DNA of 64,000 nucleotides from a virus (lineage: Duplodnaviria; Caudoviricetes), in the IMG/VR virus record IMGVR_UViG_2920551333_000002, positions 1 through 64,000 of that record; one strand, written 5' to 3'. The translations under genes and the position numbers were made by a program. Position 1 is the stretch's first letter. Every line of letters starts with the position of its first letter. The notes beneath the pieces are model-generated. The model was given only the letters and a program-made list of their open reading frames with translations, did no database searches and was not told the DNA's origin. Below, one piece after another: positions 35,397-45,075 of this stretch.

Positions 35397-36407
35397 GTGA
35401 CACCTGAGACCGCAGAAACCTTCCACGAGGCGTACCCGCGCGTGCTGGACCAGGTCACGACGTGCCCGGAGTACCGCATCTCCACGCGCGGCAACACGTC
35501 GCTGGAACTGCTGGACGTCTCCTTCCGGGTTGCCGACCCGATCCAGCGGCTGCCGTACCTGGTCAGCCGACCCATCAACCTGGCCTACAACTGGGCCGAG
35601 GTGGTGTGGTACTGGTTCGGCCGCGACGACCTCGACATGATCGGCTACTACGCGCCGCAGATGGCTCAGAACAGCCACGACGGGCGCACGCTCACCGGCA
35701 CCGCCTACGGGCCGCCGCTGTTCAACGAGGGTCCGGACGGCCGCTCGCAGTGGCAGCGCGTGTTGGATCTGCTGGTCAAGGACAACGACAGCAAACGCGC
35801 CGTGCTGACGATCTTCCGCCCGGAGGAACTGGCCGTCGACAGCAACCCGGATGTGTCTTGCACCATCGCCGCCCAATTCTTCCTGCGGGAGAACGGGCTG
35901 AACCTGACGTGCTACATGCGCGGCAACGACGCGTTCATGGGACTGCCCAGCGACTTCTTCTCCTTCACCGTGCTGCAGGAACTGGCCGCTCGCCTGATCG
36001 GCGTCCCGGTCGGCTACTACACCCACCATGTCGGGTCGATGCATGTCAACATGCCCAACCGGCCCAAGGTGCGCAAGATCCTCGCAGAGATCAGCGGCGA
36101 GGACTACCGGCCGCCGGCCTTCCGCTTTCCGATCATGCCGGTCGATTCGTGCATCAGCTCGTTGCGGCTGCTCGTGCGGGAGGAGGAGCGGCTGCGCACC
36201 GACACCCACCGGCACACCGTACGAAGCGTCGCCGAGACCGGGCTGCACCCCTACTGGCAGCAGGTGTTGCTCATCTGGGAGGTGTACCGGCAGATCATCC
36301 ACACCGAATGCGCCGTCAGCGGCGAGGTGCTGTCCGCGCTGGATCCGGGCTACCGGTGGCTGATCGGCCGCCGCTGGCCGGCCCGCATGCCCGAGGCGGC
36401 GGTATGA
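35397..36407 (+). CDS. Thymidylate-synthase-family enzyme, probable (d)CMP hydroxymethylase type
   Basis: TRGN, AYGP, DSKRAV, catalytic DVSCT, MRGNDAFMGLPSD (Asp at the Asn177-equivalent position), GSMH. Confidence 0.85.
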   Translation: MTPETAETFHEAYPRVLDQVTTCPEYRISTRGNTSLELLDVSFRVADPIQRLPYLVSRPINLAYNWAEVVWYWFGRDDLDMIGYYAPQMAQNSHDGRTLTGTAYGPPLFNEGPDGRSQWQRVLDLLVKDNDSKRAVLTIFRPEELAVDSNPDVSCTIAAQFFLRENGLNLTCYMRGNDAFMGLPSDFFSFTVLQELAARLIGVPVGYYTHHVGSMHVNMPNRPKVRKILAEISGEDYRPPAFRFPIMPVDSCISSLRLLVREEERLRTDTHRHTVRSVAETGLHPYWQQVLLIWEVYRQIIHTECAVSGEVLSALDPGYRWLIGRRWPARMPEAAV

Positions 36408-36919
36408 CACCGCCACGGGACGGCTGGGAACGCTGGACGATCATCTTGTGCAAGCCGGACGCCACCCACCGTGGCCTCGTGCTGCCCATCCTGGAATGGA
36501 TCGAGGGCAGCGTGGACATCGTCAAGGCGCGCGAGGTCGTCGTCACCGAACAGCAGATCCTCGCCCACTACGCCGACATGCTCACGCTGCAGCACCGCTT
36601 CAGCTTCGACGTCCGCGCCGACTTGATCAGCCACTACGTCGGCAGCACGGTCACCGTCGCGCTCGGCCACGGCGACAGCGACGACACCGCCCAGCGGGTG
36701 CGTGACCTGCTCGGCCACTACGACCCGTCCCGCGCCCCGTCGTACACCATCCGCGGCCACTACGGCATCGACAGCGCCGAGCGGGCAACCGCGGAGGGCC
36801 GATTCATTCACAACCTGGTCCACTCCAGCGACCACGCCAAGGACGCCGAAGCCGATTTCATGATCTGGTTCGGCGACCCCTACCGGCACATCCTCACCCA
36901 GGAGGCCCGAGCACGATGA
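36404..36919 (+). CDS. ndk: Nucleoside-diphosphate kinase
   Basis: TIILCKPDA, HYAD, TIRGHYG, NLVHSSD phospho-His motif; ATGA-coupled. Confidence 0.88.
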   Translation: MTPPRDGWERWTIILCKPDATHRGLVLPILEWIEGSVDIVKAREVVVTEQQILAHYADMLTLQHRFSFDVRADLISHYVGSTVTVALGHGDSDDTAQRVRDLLGHYDPSRAPSYTIRGHYGIDSAERATAEGRFIHNLVHSSDHAKDAEADFMIWFGDPYRHILTQEARAR

Positions 36920-38184
36920 CCCGGCATCCCGCCCACCTTGGCGACACCATCCCCACCGGGCCGGCGCATCTGCGGCTGATACCCACCAGCGAGCAGACGC
37001 AGCTCGACCCGTACATGGCGCAGATCGTCACCAACCGCAAGTCCGGGATCAGCCTCAACCACATCATCGGCTGCCCGCTCGACTGCGGCTACTGCGTGCG
37101 CCACTTCTGGGGCAACTTCGAGCAGAAGATCCCCCAACTGCTCGTCCCCACCGATGAGGCGGTCCGGCTGCTGGTCAACCATCCCGAGTTCCTGGACCAC
37201 ACCACACCGATCCAACTCTTCAACAAGGCGACCGACCCGTTCCTGCCGGGCGTCAAACCCCACACCTTCGCCGTCTTGGAGGACCTCGATCGGCAAGGCC
37301 TGACCAACCTGGTGCTGATCATCACCCGCTTCCACGTCACCCAGGCCGACATGGACCGGCTGGAAAGCCTGCACTACGTCCGGCCGACGCTGCTGATCAC
37401 CTACTCCGGCATCCGGGACGACCGGGTGGAGCCGATCGGCAAGTCCACCACCACCGTCGACTCCATCATCACCGCGGCCCGCCACAGCGAGCGGACGAAG
37501 GTGATCCTTTACTGGCGGCCGATCGTGCCCGGCTGGAACGACGACTGCGCCTCGATGGCGCACGTGCTCGGCGTCGCCGCCGACGCCGGCGTGGACGCGC
37601 TCGTGTTCACCGGCTACTACCACAAGGAGGAGAACGCCACCTACCTGCGGGAGATGGGCGTGCCCGTGCCGTACGGCGACGACTGGCAGCGCCGCAAGAT
37701 GCTGCCCGCCGACCTGGACGCCCGCGTCGTCGAGGCATGGCGCGACTCCGGCATCAGCGTGCCACTGTTCCGCAAGACGTCCTGCGGCGTCACCGCGTCC
37801 TGGCAGCTCCCCGACTACAACGGCCACCTGGGCGTGCCCGAGCTGTGCGACATCTGCCCGCCCGAGCAGGTCGCCCGCTGTGCCGAAGCGCTCAAGGCCC
37901 CCACCGACGAGCAGGTGCGGGACGCGCTCGACCTGTTCGACTTCGACCCGGACACGCCGTTCCTCATCGAGCACGGGCACGTCCTGACCGCCAAGCTCGG
38001 CGAGCAGCGCCGATACGCCCTGCAGCACCTGTTCGGCTACCAGTTCTGGGAGGTCGAACACCCGCACGTGCACGCCGCACACGGCCGGGCTCTGCAAGGC
38101 TACGAACTGACCCCGGCCGAGCAGGAAGCGCTCGACGGAGCACGCGAACGCCTCGCGGCCGCCGCCCGCCACGAAGACGACTGA
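36916..38184 (+). CDS. Radical SAM protein (SPL-like subgroup)
   Basis: GCPLDCGYC (CxxxCxxC), ATDPF, RPIVPGWND, additional Cys near C-terminus; ATGA-coupled. Confidence 0.85.
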   Translation: MTRHPAHLGDTIPTGPAHLRLIPTSEQTQLDPYMAQIVTNRKSGISLNHIIGCPLDCGYCVRHFWGNFEQKIPQLLVPTDEAVRLLVNHPEFLDHTTPIQLFNKATDPFLPGVKPHTFAVLEDLDRQGLTNLVLIITRFHVTQADMDRLESLHYVRPTLLITYSGIRDDRVEPIGKSTTTVDSIITAARHSERTKVILYWRPIVPGWNDDCASMAHVLGVAADAGVDALVFTGYYHKEENATYLREMGVPVPYGDDWQRRKMLPADLDARVVEAWRDSGISVPLFRKTSCGVTASWQLPDYNGHLGVPELCDICPPEQVARCAEALKAPTDEQVRDALDLFDFDPDTPFLIEHGHVLTAKLGEQRRYALQHLFGYQFWEVEHPHVHAAHGRALQGYELTPAEQEALDGARERLAAAARHEDD

Positions 38185-38200
38185 CCAGGAGCACACACCG

Positions 38201-38848
38201 ATGCCAGAGCTGCCGTGGACGGACGCCGACCTCGTCGTCATCGACCTGGAAGGCACCGGCGGGCAGGACCGCCGCGACGAGGCGATCCTGGAGATCGCCA
38301 TCGTCCCCCTGGCCGATGGCCGGCCCGACATGCGCGCCGCGTGGGACACCACCATCAACCCGGGCCGGTGGATCAACCCTCGCCCCTGGATCTCCCCCGG
38401 TCTCACCGGGGACGCGCTCGCGGGCGCCCCTACGCTCGACGAGCTGCGCGACACGATCGTGAAGAAGCTGAGCGGGCGCGTCCTGGTCGGCCACAACGTG
38501 GGCGTGGACTGGCGGCTCCTCCACCTGCGGCTCCCCGAGCTGGAGCCCGCGGGGCTCATCGACACCGCCGCGCTGACCCGGCACCTGCGGCCGGACATCA
38601 AGCGGTGGAACCTGGCCGGGCTGCTCGACCAGTACACCCTCACCGACCACGTGAACGCTCTGGTACCTCATGGCCGGCCGCACCGGGCGCTGTGGGACGC
38701 GGTGGGCGCTGCGCTGCTCCTGGCCGAGTTGGTCAGCCAGCTTCCGGACACGGCTGATACCTCACTATCTGTGCTTCAGCATGTCGCCGGGCGTGCGCCG
38801 GCAGAGTCGGCGCCTGCGGAACCTGATCAGCTCACACTCGACTTGTAA
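38201..38848 (+). CDS. DEDDh 3'-5' exonuclease
   Basis: IDLEGTG, GHNVGVD, HRALWDA. Confidence 0.88.
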   Translation: MPELPWTDADLVVIDLEGTGGQDRRDEAILEIAIVPLADGRPDMRAAWDTTINPGRWINPRPWISPGLTGDALAGAPTLDELRDTIVKKLSGRVLVGHNVGVDWRLLHLRLPELEPAGLIDTAALTRHLRPDIKRWNLAGLLDQYTLTDHVNALVPHGRPHRALWDAVGAALLLAELVSQLPDTADTSLSVLQHVAGRAPAESAPAEPDQLTLDL

Positions 38849-39000
38849 GGCTTTCCTCCCGGCTGCAGGGCCAGACCCCCGTGATGGCCCTGCAGCACCC
38901 GCCCCAGGCTGTCCCCTGCGGCGTTGGCCGTGGGGCGGCGCTTGCGGACCGTCGCCCCACGGCCATTCTTGCGCCGAGAGCTCGACATCTCGCGGAACGC

Positions 39001-39048
39001 AAAAGAGCGCCCCGCCCCTCCCGGCGAACGGGAGGAGCGGGGCGCTCT
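39001..39048 (-). terminator. Terminator of the late/lysis operon (possibly bidirectional)
   Basis: AGAGCGCCCCGC...GCGGGGCGCTCT stem with TTTT on the minus strand. Confidence 0.75.
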
Positions 39049-39063
39049 GGTGAACAGCATGAC

Positions 39064-39324
39064 CTATCGCTGATCGGCCGGGAGGTCCGGACGCGGCGTG
39101 TGCCGAGCCTTCCAACCGGCCAGGGCCGCCAGCGCGGTCGGCACCAGCGGCAGCGTGATCGCCTCGATCCAGTCGGGCAGGAACGCGATCATGCTGGGGT
39201 CGTCAGCGACCGCCTGCAGCACCGCCATGCCAGCGACACCGGCGAGGTAAGCCGTCAGGCCCATCGCCTTGACCTTGGTCTCGACCGGCGGCTTAGAGTA
39301 GGTGACCTGAGGATCTGCGTGCAT
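39064..39324 (-). CDS. Holin
   Basis: VETKVKA, two TM segments, GWKARHTPR; downstream of endolysin. Confidence 0.75.
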   Translation of the reverse strand: MHADPQVTYSKPPVETKVKAMGLTAYLAGVAGMAVLQAVADDPSMIAFLPDWIEAITLPLVPTALAALAGWKARHTPRPDLPADQR

Positions 39325-39376
39325 GTGCCCCTCCTTCGGGACAGCCCGCCACCAGGGCGGAAGAACGAACGGAAGA

Positions 39377-39673
39377 TCAGGCGCGCGGGGGCCACGACCA
39401 CTGACCGTGGTCCGAACCCTGCGAGCGCGACGTCGCCCAGTAGGAGTGATTGCCGTCCAGGAACACCTGGAGGTTCACCGCCGTCCCGGCGTCCTCGAAG
39501 GTGCGGGTGATGATCGCCGGGAGGACGTCGCCGAGCTTGGCCGGGGAGCGGATGACGCCCTGGCCGCCGAACGACTGCATCGACTCCAGGTTGATCATGG
39601 AGACGTCGTGGCCGGACAGCTTGTAGTGAACGATCCGGCCGATCGTCGGCGCGGTCTCGGTAGGGGTGGACAC
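39377..39673 (-). CDS. Hypothetical phage protein, paralog of 62661-62921
   Basis: PTIGRIVHY...PAIIT...VNLQVFLDG...WSWPP. Confidence 0.7.
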   Translation of the reverse strand: MSTPTETAPTIGRIVHYKLSGHDVSMINLESMQSFGGQGVIRSPAKLGDVLPAIITRTFEDAGTAVNLQVFLDGNHSYWATSRSQGSDHGQWSWPPRA

Positions 39674-39697
39674 AGGGTGCCTCCTTGGCGGATTGAA

Positions 39698-39721
39698 GCC
39701 GAAAGCGGTACCGCAATCAGC
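39698..39721. promoter_or_regulatory. 24-bp pseudo-palindrome site after endolysin
   Basis: GCCGAAAGCGGTACCGCAATCAGC. Confidence 0.75.
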
Positions 39722-40679
39722 GATTGAACATGGCGATCTTGGCCATGGTCACCTTCTCGACCACCGCCGCGGCGTCGGTCGGGTTGATGATCCGTAGCCG
39801 GAGCTGGGTCTTGCTGTTGAGCCCGAACTGGCCACCGATACTGTGCTCCACGCGGCCGTTGGCGTCCGCGCGCACGCTCAGCCGCCAGGCGTCGTCCTCG
39901 AACTTCTCGCCGTCGCGGGAGTAGCGTGACCACGCCAGGTCGATCTCCGAACCCGGCTTCAGCCCGCGGACCTTGACCAGGCCGTCCACGATGCACCAGC
40001 GAGACTCCTTCGCCAGAACCGCGACGCCGTCCTCGGCGTGGCCGGGCGGGTCATCCGCGTACTCGATGTGCCAGCGCACCGCCAGCGCGCCGCCGGCCGG
40101 GGCCTCCTGGTCCTCACCGGCACCCAGAGAGATCACCTCGGGCACGTCTTCCTCCTGCTTGATCGGCGCTCCGGGACTCTTGAGCAGCGCGGCCACCCGC
40201 CCTCGGAACGTGTTCATGTTGACGCTGTGCGGGTCCGGCTTCTGGGTGTTGACCTCCTTGTGGCCGCACACCCGAGACGCGGGCAGGTCGAACTCTCTGC
40301 ACAACTCCGCGCAGAGCGCGTGATAGGCGTCGAGCTGCACCTGCGGCCACGGCGTGCGGCCGTCGTTTTCGGCCTCGATCCCGATGGACGCCCCGTTGCG
40401 GTGGTGCGGGCTGGTGCTCGGCGCGTTGTGCCAGCACCTCCCAGCCGCCACGATCCAGATACGGCCGGTGTGCTCCAGCCAGATGTGCGACAGCGGACCA
40501 CGTAGTCCCGGCCGACCGGCGACCACGACGTGCCGGTCACGCCACCCCGCGGTGTGGTGGCACACCACGCCCTCCACCGTGGGCTGCGGCCCGTGCCCAC
40601 GCGACCGCCACCCGCCCACCTCCGTCACCGGGAAACCCGTCTTTCGGGCCACGTCGGCGAGCTGCGTCAGCCACGGCAT
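39717..40679 (-). CDS. Endolysin, N-acetylmuramoyl-L-alanine amidase
   Basis: CHHTAG, CWHNA, SIGIEAE, GHKE, KPDP. Confidence 0.9.
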   Translation of the reverse strand: MPWLTQLADVARKTGFPVTEVGGWRSRGHGPQPTVEGVVCHHTAGWRDRHVVVAGRPGLRGPLSHIWLEHTGRIWIVAAGRCWHNAPSTSPHHRNGASIGIEAENDGRTPWPQVQLDAYHALCAELCREFDLPASRVCGHKEVNTQKPDPHSVNMNTFRGRVAALLKSPGAPIKQEEDVPEVISLGAGEDQEAPAGGALAVRWHIEYADDPPGHAEDGVAVLAKESRWCIVDGLVKVRGLKPGSEIDLAWSRYSRDGEKFEDDAWRLSVRADANGRVEHSIGGQFGLNSKTQLRLRIINPTDAAAVVEKVTMAKIAMFNR

Positions 40680-40701
40680 GATCAATCCCCCTTGACTACG
40701 A

Positions 40702-41040
40702 TCAGCTTCGGGTGAGCTGAATCAGCGCGATCACCGTGCCCGCCACGGCGACCAGAATGGTGAAGACGGCGATGATCTGCTTGGTCCGGTCGGTGAGCTG
40801 CGTGCGCGTCACCGACTCCCGCTCGACGACGTCAAGACGAGCCTCCAACGCTGCGTACCGAGCGTCAGCCGCCGCACGGTCCTGCTCAACCTGCCGGGCC
40901 AACTCAGCGTGGCGATCGTCCACTTGGTCGAGCCGCTGCAAGATGAGCTGCGTCAAGCCGTTGTTCTTCTCGAACCCCACCTCGACCAGGCGACGCAACT
41001 CCGATAGCGCGAGCGCGACGCTCGGAGCCTCCTCGGTCAC
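40702..41040 (-). CDS. Coiled-coil membrane protein of the lysis region
   Basis: Coiled coil plus C-terminal TM segment. Confidence 0.65.
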   Translation of the reverse strand: MTEEAPSVALALSELRRLVEVGFEKNNGLTQLILQRLDQVDDRHAELARQVEQDRAAADARYAALEARLDVVERESVTRTQLTDRTKQIIAVFTILVAVAGTVIALIQLTRS

Positions 41041-41708
41041 CCAGCACCGCCCGGGGCAGGGTGCATCCCCACGAACGTGCCCGGCGGCTTGAGCCCGAAC
41101 GCCGGCCGCTGCGGCTTCTCCGACGTCGCACGAACCCACTCCACAGCCAGCACCCGTGCCTGCACCCGGGCAGGGTCCAGCCGGACACCGGTCCGCATCG
41201 GCGCGAGCGGGTCAGGCTCGGCCACTCGGTCCGAACCAACGTAGGCGAGAGCTGCGGCACGGTGGGCCTGGGGTGCGTCCTCAACGCGGACCAGGTGCTT
41301 CTTCACCGCAGCGATCCGCGCCAGGTGAGCCGCACTCCGCTCGGCATCCGGCACGCCCGGCGTCCACCACGCGGGCAGGCCGTGGATCTCCTCCATCAGC
41401 GCCGCCAGCGCCGGACTCTGCCAGGCCAGCGGATCGTCCCGGGCCGGCAGGTGCGGCTCGTGCAGAGCGACGTCGATCAGCGTGTCCACGTCGTCCGGGT
41501 CGAAGCCGTACTCAGCGCATCGCCACTCGAGCTCCGAGTTCGGCAGCATGCGCAGCCCGTGCGCGCCCGTCGCCGGGGCCACCTGGTAGATCCCCCACAG
41601 CGGTTCGCCGCCGTGCGGGACCGGCTGGCCGATCCCGGCCTGCGGGACGAGCAGGTCAGCAGCGGTGTAGGCCAGCTCCACATCCCACGTCTGCCACACC
41701 TCAACCAT
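41037..41708 (-). CDS. Tail-associated protein, paralog of 44600-45073
   Basis: EWRCAEYG...LIDVALHE...VRLDPARV. Confidence 0.65.
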   Translation of the reverse strand: MVEVWQTWDVELAYTAADLLVPQAGIGQPVPHGGEPLWGIYQVAPATGAHGLRMLPNSELEWRCAEYGFDPDDVDTLIDVALHEPHLPARDDPLAWQSPALAALMEEIHGLPAWWTPGVPDAERSAAHLARIAAVKKHLVRVEDAPQAHRAAALAYVGSDRVAEPDPLAPMRTGVRLDPARVQARVLAVEWVRATSEKPQRPAFGLKPPGTFVGMHPAPGGAG

Positions 41709-41719
41709 GAAGCCCCCTG

Positions 41720-44455
41720 TCAGTGGCGGTGAACCCACCAGTAATAGGCCGTAGAACTCGACCAGTCCGTGTTGATCCGGAACCCTGTCTCGCTCGACCA
41801 GGTGCAGTACCAGTCGCCCGCAGGATCGTGGCCAGATGATCCGCTCTCAGAGACACCGCGTCGCACGACGGCGACCGGCCCCATGTTGCCGAGCATCGAC
41901 GCCCCGTAGGAGATCCAGTTCGTCCCGGGCGGCCCGCCCGGCGTCCACACCATCGACCCGGCGAGGATGCCCGCGGTGTTGCCCAGCGCGGTGAAGTCCC
42001 ACCATTTGCCCACGTGTCTCGTACGGCCGCTGTTATCGAACCAGAAATACTGTTCGCGGCTGCCGTCCTTGAAATACCCGTACCTGGCATAGCCCTCCGC
42101 GACCTCCATCAACCCGCCATTCGGATTGGCCAGAGCCGCGTCCCTCACCTGCAACTGCATGAAGCCGGCCGCGATCGTGGTCTGGCTCGCAGCCGTCGCG
42201 CCGCTGTTGGTACCGCTCGTGACCTCGAACGTAGCCTCGCCGGAGAACACGTCATCCCGAGTTCGCAGCCGCGTGTAGTTCGTCCCGGACGACGGGTAGA
42301 ACCGCATCTCAGGAAAGGTCGCCCCAGGCGGCTGCAGGTCCAGGCGCCGTCCGGTCGCCGCCGTCCTGATGTTGCTGCCCGTGATGGTCTTCCCATCGAT
42401 CGCCGTAGCGGTCAGTCGGGTCGCGTCCACCGACCCGGCGGCGAGCTTGTCGAGCGTGACAGCGTTGGCCTTCAGGTGCGGGGTCTCGATCGCCGAAGCT
42501 TGAATGAGCCCGCCCGTGATCGTGTTGGCGATGACAGCGTCGGCCGCGTTCACGGTGCCGTCGATGATGTTCGCCCCGCTGAGTACCTTCCCGATGACGT
42601 CGCCGTTGACGAGCGGCTGCGTCGCGATGCTTGCCGCAGTGGAGGGTGCGGACTCGTTGCCGCGCCGGTCCACGGACGTGAAGCGGAACCAGCGTGGTGT
42701 GTTGTAGGGCTGGTCCGCGACGAGTGCCGCGCCGGCCGCGCGCAGGTGGTCCACCAGCGTCCACGGGCCATCGGCTGCGCCCGCCATCCATACCCGCACC
42801 TGCTCAAAGTCCGACGACATGCCGCCGTTCTGGCCTAGCCCGTCCCAGCCAACCTCGATCACCCCGAGCCGGGTAGACAAGGCTGGCGTGCTCGGCACTG
42901 GCGGCGGGGTCGTATCGTCCTCGATCAGCGCCACCACCTGATCGCTGAATTCGCCCTTGGTGCCCTGCGCCACGGCGCGTACTTTGAACGCGTATGTCGT
43001 GGCGACGATCAGCGGGGAGTACGACGCCGTGGTGTCGTCGCTGCTGGCGATCAGCCGCCACGGCTCGCCGAGTTGGTTGACCCGGGCGTACAGCTCGTAG
43101 CCGTCCACTGTGAGCGCGACCCCGGCGACGTCGGCGGCAACCGCCCCCCAGGTAGCGGTGACCTGCCCGCGAGCAAACCCGTATTCGTCCACGTAGGCGG
43201 CGTCGTCGATGATCAGTCCGGGCGGCTTCGCTGCCACGCGTCCGCCTGGCTGCTCCGGAGCTGGTTCGCCTCCGGACCCGCCGGATCCCACCCCGCCGTC
43301 GAGGATCCCGGCCGCCTGCCTGGCTAACCTGATTTCGCGTTCCAAGAACCGGTCGTTGAGCACAACGTTGCCGCCCACCTGACCGTCCGACCCCACCGAC
43401 AAGGTGATCTGCCTCAGCCGCAACGACTGCATCGCCCCGCCGTCGCCCGGCGCGAGCAGGTAGTCCCCCGGCTGGTAATGCTCGAACGGCAGCCACCGCG
43501 CCCCGCTGAACAACAGCCCGCGGGTGACCTGCACCCGCTCACGGGCGACACGCTCCAACGCGTTCTGCCCCAGCAACGTCGCGGTCCCGGCGTCCGAGAC
43601 GCCGTTCTGCGACTGGTAGGTCTCCCAGCGACCCCATGGCGCGACAGCCCCCGGGTTGGTCACCTCCACCGACAGGCCGGCCTCGCCGCCGATCAGGATG
43701 GCCGACGCGGCATCCTCCAGCGTGCCCGTGTCGGGTGCCTCGGTGATGTCACGCCCAATCCGCAGGTCCACCGGCGACGAGCCGGACGCCCGGTCAGCGC
43801 CGAGCACCGTGTCCGGGTTGTACACCTGCAGCGTGCGGCCCTGCATCCGCCAGTCGATGACGCCCTGCTCGCTCAGGTTGATCAGGACGCTGAGCAGGTC
43901 CTTGCCCGGCTCGATGGCCAGCGTCAGCTTCCGCGTCGGGTCCCACGCCTGGTTGTCGCTGTCGCGGGTGTCGGAGAAGTTGTAGGTCAGGCCGGCCAGC
44001 GCGCCGCGCGCCTTCCCTTCCTGGATGAACGTCGCGAGGATCGCCCCGGCGCTGACGGCGTTGAACTGGCGCTTGCCGTCCACCATCGACCCGTTGGGGT
44101 ACAGCACGACCTTCCGCAGCATCCAGGCCCAGCCCGGCAGATCGTAGGAGCGGGCCCCAGCCCGGTCGGTCTCGTCGCCACCCCGCTTGATCCGCAGAAA
44201 CCGCGCGTTCGGCGGCTCCACCCACGGGCCGCCGTCCGCCGCGTACTCCACCGCGACCTCGCAGTGCTCGGCGATGAGGTGGGCGTTCAGCCCAGCCGCC
44301 GGGTAGGTCGCCCTGAGGCTGGGCACGTCGTTCAGCGGGGTGGCCAGCTCGAAGCCGCTGTGCTGAGGGAGCGTACCGAGCCGCACGTCATTGGGCGCGT
44401 AAGCCACCAGCCGCAGCGCGAACTTCGTGGGCTCACCTGGGATGATCACCTGCAC
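41720..44455 (-). CDS. Minor tail/tail-tip protein with FN3-like domains, copy 2
   Basis: LRLVAYAP, PLNDVPSL, PWGRWE, YAFKVRAV, beta-helix-like repeats. Confidence 0.8.
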   Translation of the reverse strand: MQVIIPGEPTKFALRLVAYAPNDVRLGTLPQHSGFELATPLNDVPSLRATYPAAGLNAHLIAEHCEVAVEYAADGGPWVEPPNARFLRIKRGGDETDRAGARSYDLPGWAWMLRKVVLYPNGSMVDGKRQFNAVSAGAILATFIQEGKARGALAGLTYNFSDTRDSDNQAWDPTRKLTLAIEPGKDLLSVLINLSEQGVIDWRMQGRTLQVYNPDTVLGADRASGSSPVDLRIGRDITEAPDTGTLEDAASAILIGGEAGLSVEVTNPGAVAPWGRWETYQSQNGVSDAGTATLLGQNALERVARERVQVTRGLLFSGARWLPFEHYQPGDYLLAPGDGGAMQSLRLRQITLSVGSDGQVGGNVVLNDRFLEREIRLARQAAGILDGGVGSGGSGGEPAPEQPGGRVAAKPPGLIIDDAAYVDEYGFARGQVTATWGAVAADVAGVALTVDGYELYARVNQLGEPWRLIASSDDTTASYSPLIVATTYAFKVRAVAQGTKGEFSDQVVALIEDDTTPPPVPSTPALSTRLGVIEVGWDGLGQNGGMSSDFEQVRVWMAGAADGPWTLVDHLRAAGAALVADQPYNTPRWFRFTSVDRRGNESAPSTAASIATQPLVNGDVIGKVLSGANIIDGTVNAADAVIANTITGGLIQASAIETPHLKANAVTLDKLAAGSVDATRLTATAIDGKTITGSNIRTAATGRRLDLQPPGATFPEMRFYPSSGTNYTRLRTRDDVFSGEATFEVTSGTNSGATAASQTTIAAGFMQLQVRDAALANPNGGLMEVAEGYARYGYFKDGSREQYFWFDNSGRTRHVGKWWDFTALGNTAGILAGSMVWTPGGPPGTNWISYGASMLGNMGPVAVVRRGVSESGSSGHDPAGDWYCTWSSETGFRINTDWSSSTAYYWWVHRH

Positions 44456-44600
44456 GGCTGGCCCCCTTCAGATCGTTGATCTCGTCGCGCTGTTGGTCGA
44501 TGGCCGCTGAAAGCAGCGCGTTCTCGTACACCAGCTCCTCAACTCGCGCGCGCAGCGCTGCGATGATCCGGCCCGTGTCCACCACGAGGTCTTGCCGCAT
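44433..44600 (-). CDS. Small coiled-coil protein
   Basis: IIAALRARVEELVYENALLSAAIDQ; TAATG coupling. Confidence 0.55.
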   Translation of the reverse strand: MRQDLVVDTGRIIAALRARVEELVYENALLSAAIDQQRDEINDLKGASRAGDHPR

Positions 44601-45073
44601 TACGCTCCTGTCTGCAGAAGCGCCCGCTGCTGTTCCAGGCGCGTGGCCGCGGCCTTCACCGGGTCGATCCGCACGTACGACCGCAGCGGGGCGAGCACGT
44701 CGGCTGCCTTCCGCGCGGCCGCCGTCCGAGCCTTCGGTACGGCTGTCGCGACCGTCGCGTGGTCGCGACGGCATCGCTCGACCCGCTCCAGCACAGCGGC
44801 GCGGGCTTCCTCTCCCGGCATCTGCCATGGGTTCGTCTCGGGCAAGTTCGGCTCGTAGACGGGATGGACAGCGCGGTGCATCAGCACGTCGATCACCTCG
44901 TCCGTCGACGCCAGGCCGCACGCCACAGCGGTGGACTCGATCGCCACCTTCGGCAGGAACACCCCGACCGTGACACCGTCGCTGGCCCGGGTCAGCATGA
45001 TCTCCCATGCGTCGATCCGCCCGGACTCGTCGGCGGTGTCGGTCACCTCCGTGACCTGCCATGCGTCCGGCAT
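44600..45073 (-). CDS. Tail-associated protein, paralog of 41037-41708
   Basis: ESTAVACG...VIDVLMH...VRIDPVKA; GGAGG RBS. Confidence 0.65.
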   Translation of the reverse strand: MPDAWQVTEVTDTADESGRIDAWEIMLTRASDGVTVGVFLPKVAIESTAVACGLASTDEVIDVLMHRAVHPVYEPNLPETNPWQMPGEEARAAVLERVERCRRDHATVATAVPKARTAAARKAADVLAPLRSYVRIDPVKAAATRLEQQRALLQTGA

Positions 45074-45075
45074 CG

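Noticed and set aside
35397-36407. Ordinary thyA
   Set aside because: Asp replaces the dUMP-specifying Asn, and the RS and H-x-Y motifs differ, so no gene symbol was assigned.
36916-38184. Viperin orthologue or spore photoproduct lyase
   Set aside because: Only CxxxCxxC and SPL-like features are visible; I could not recognise family-specific motifs for either.
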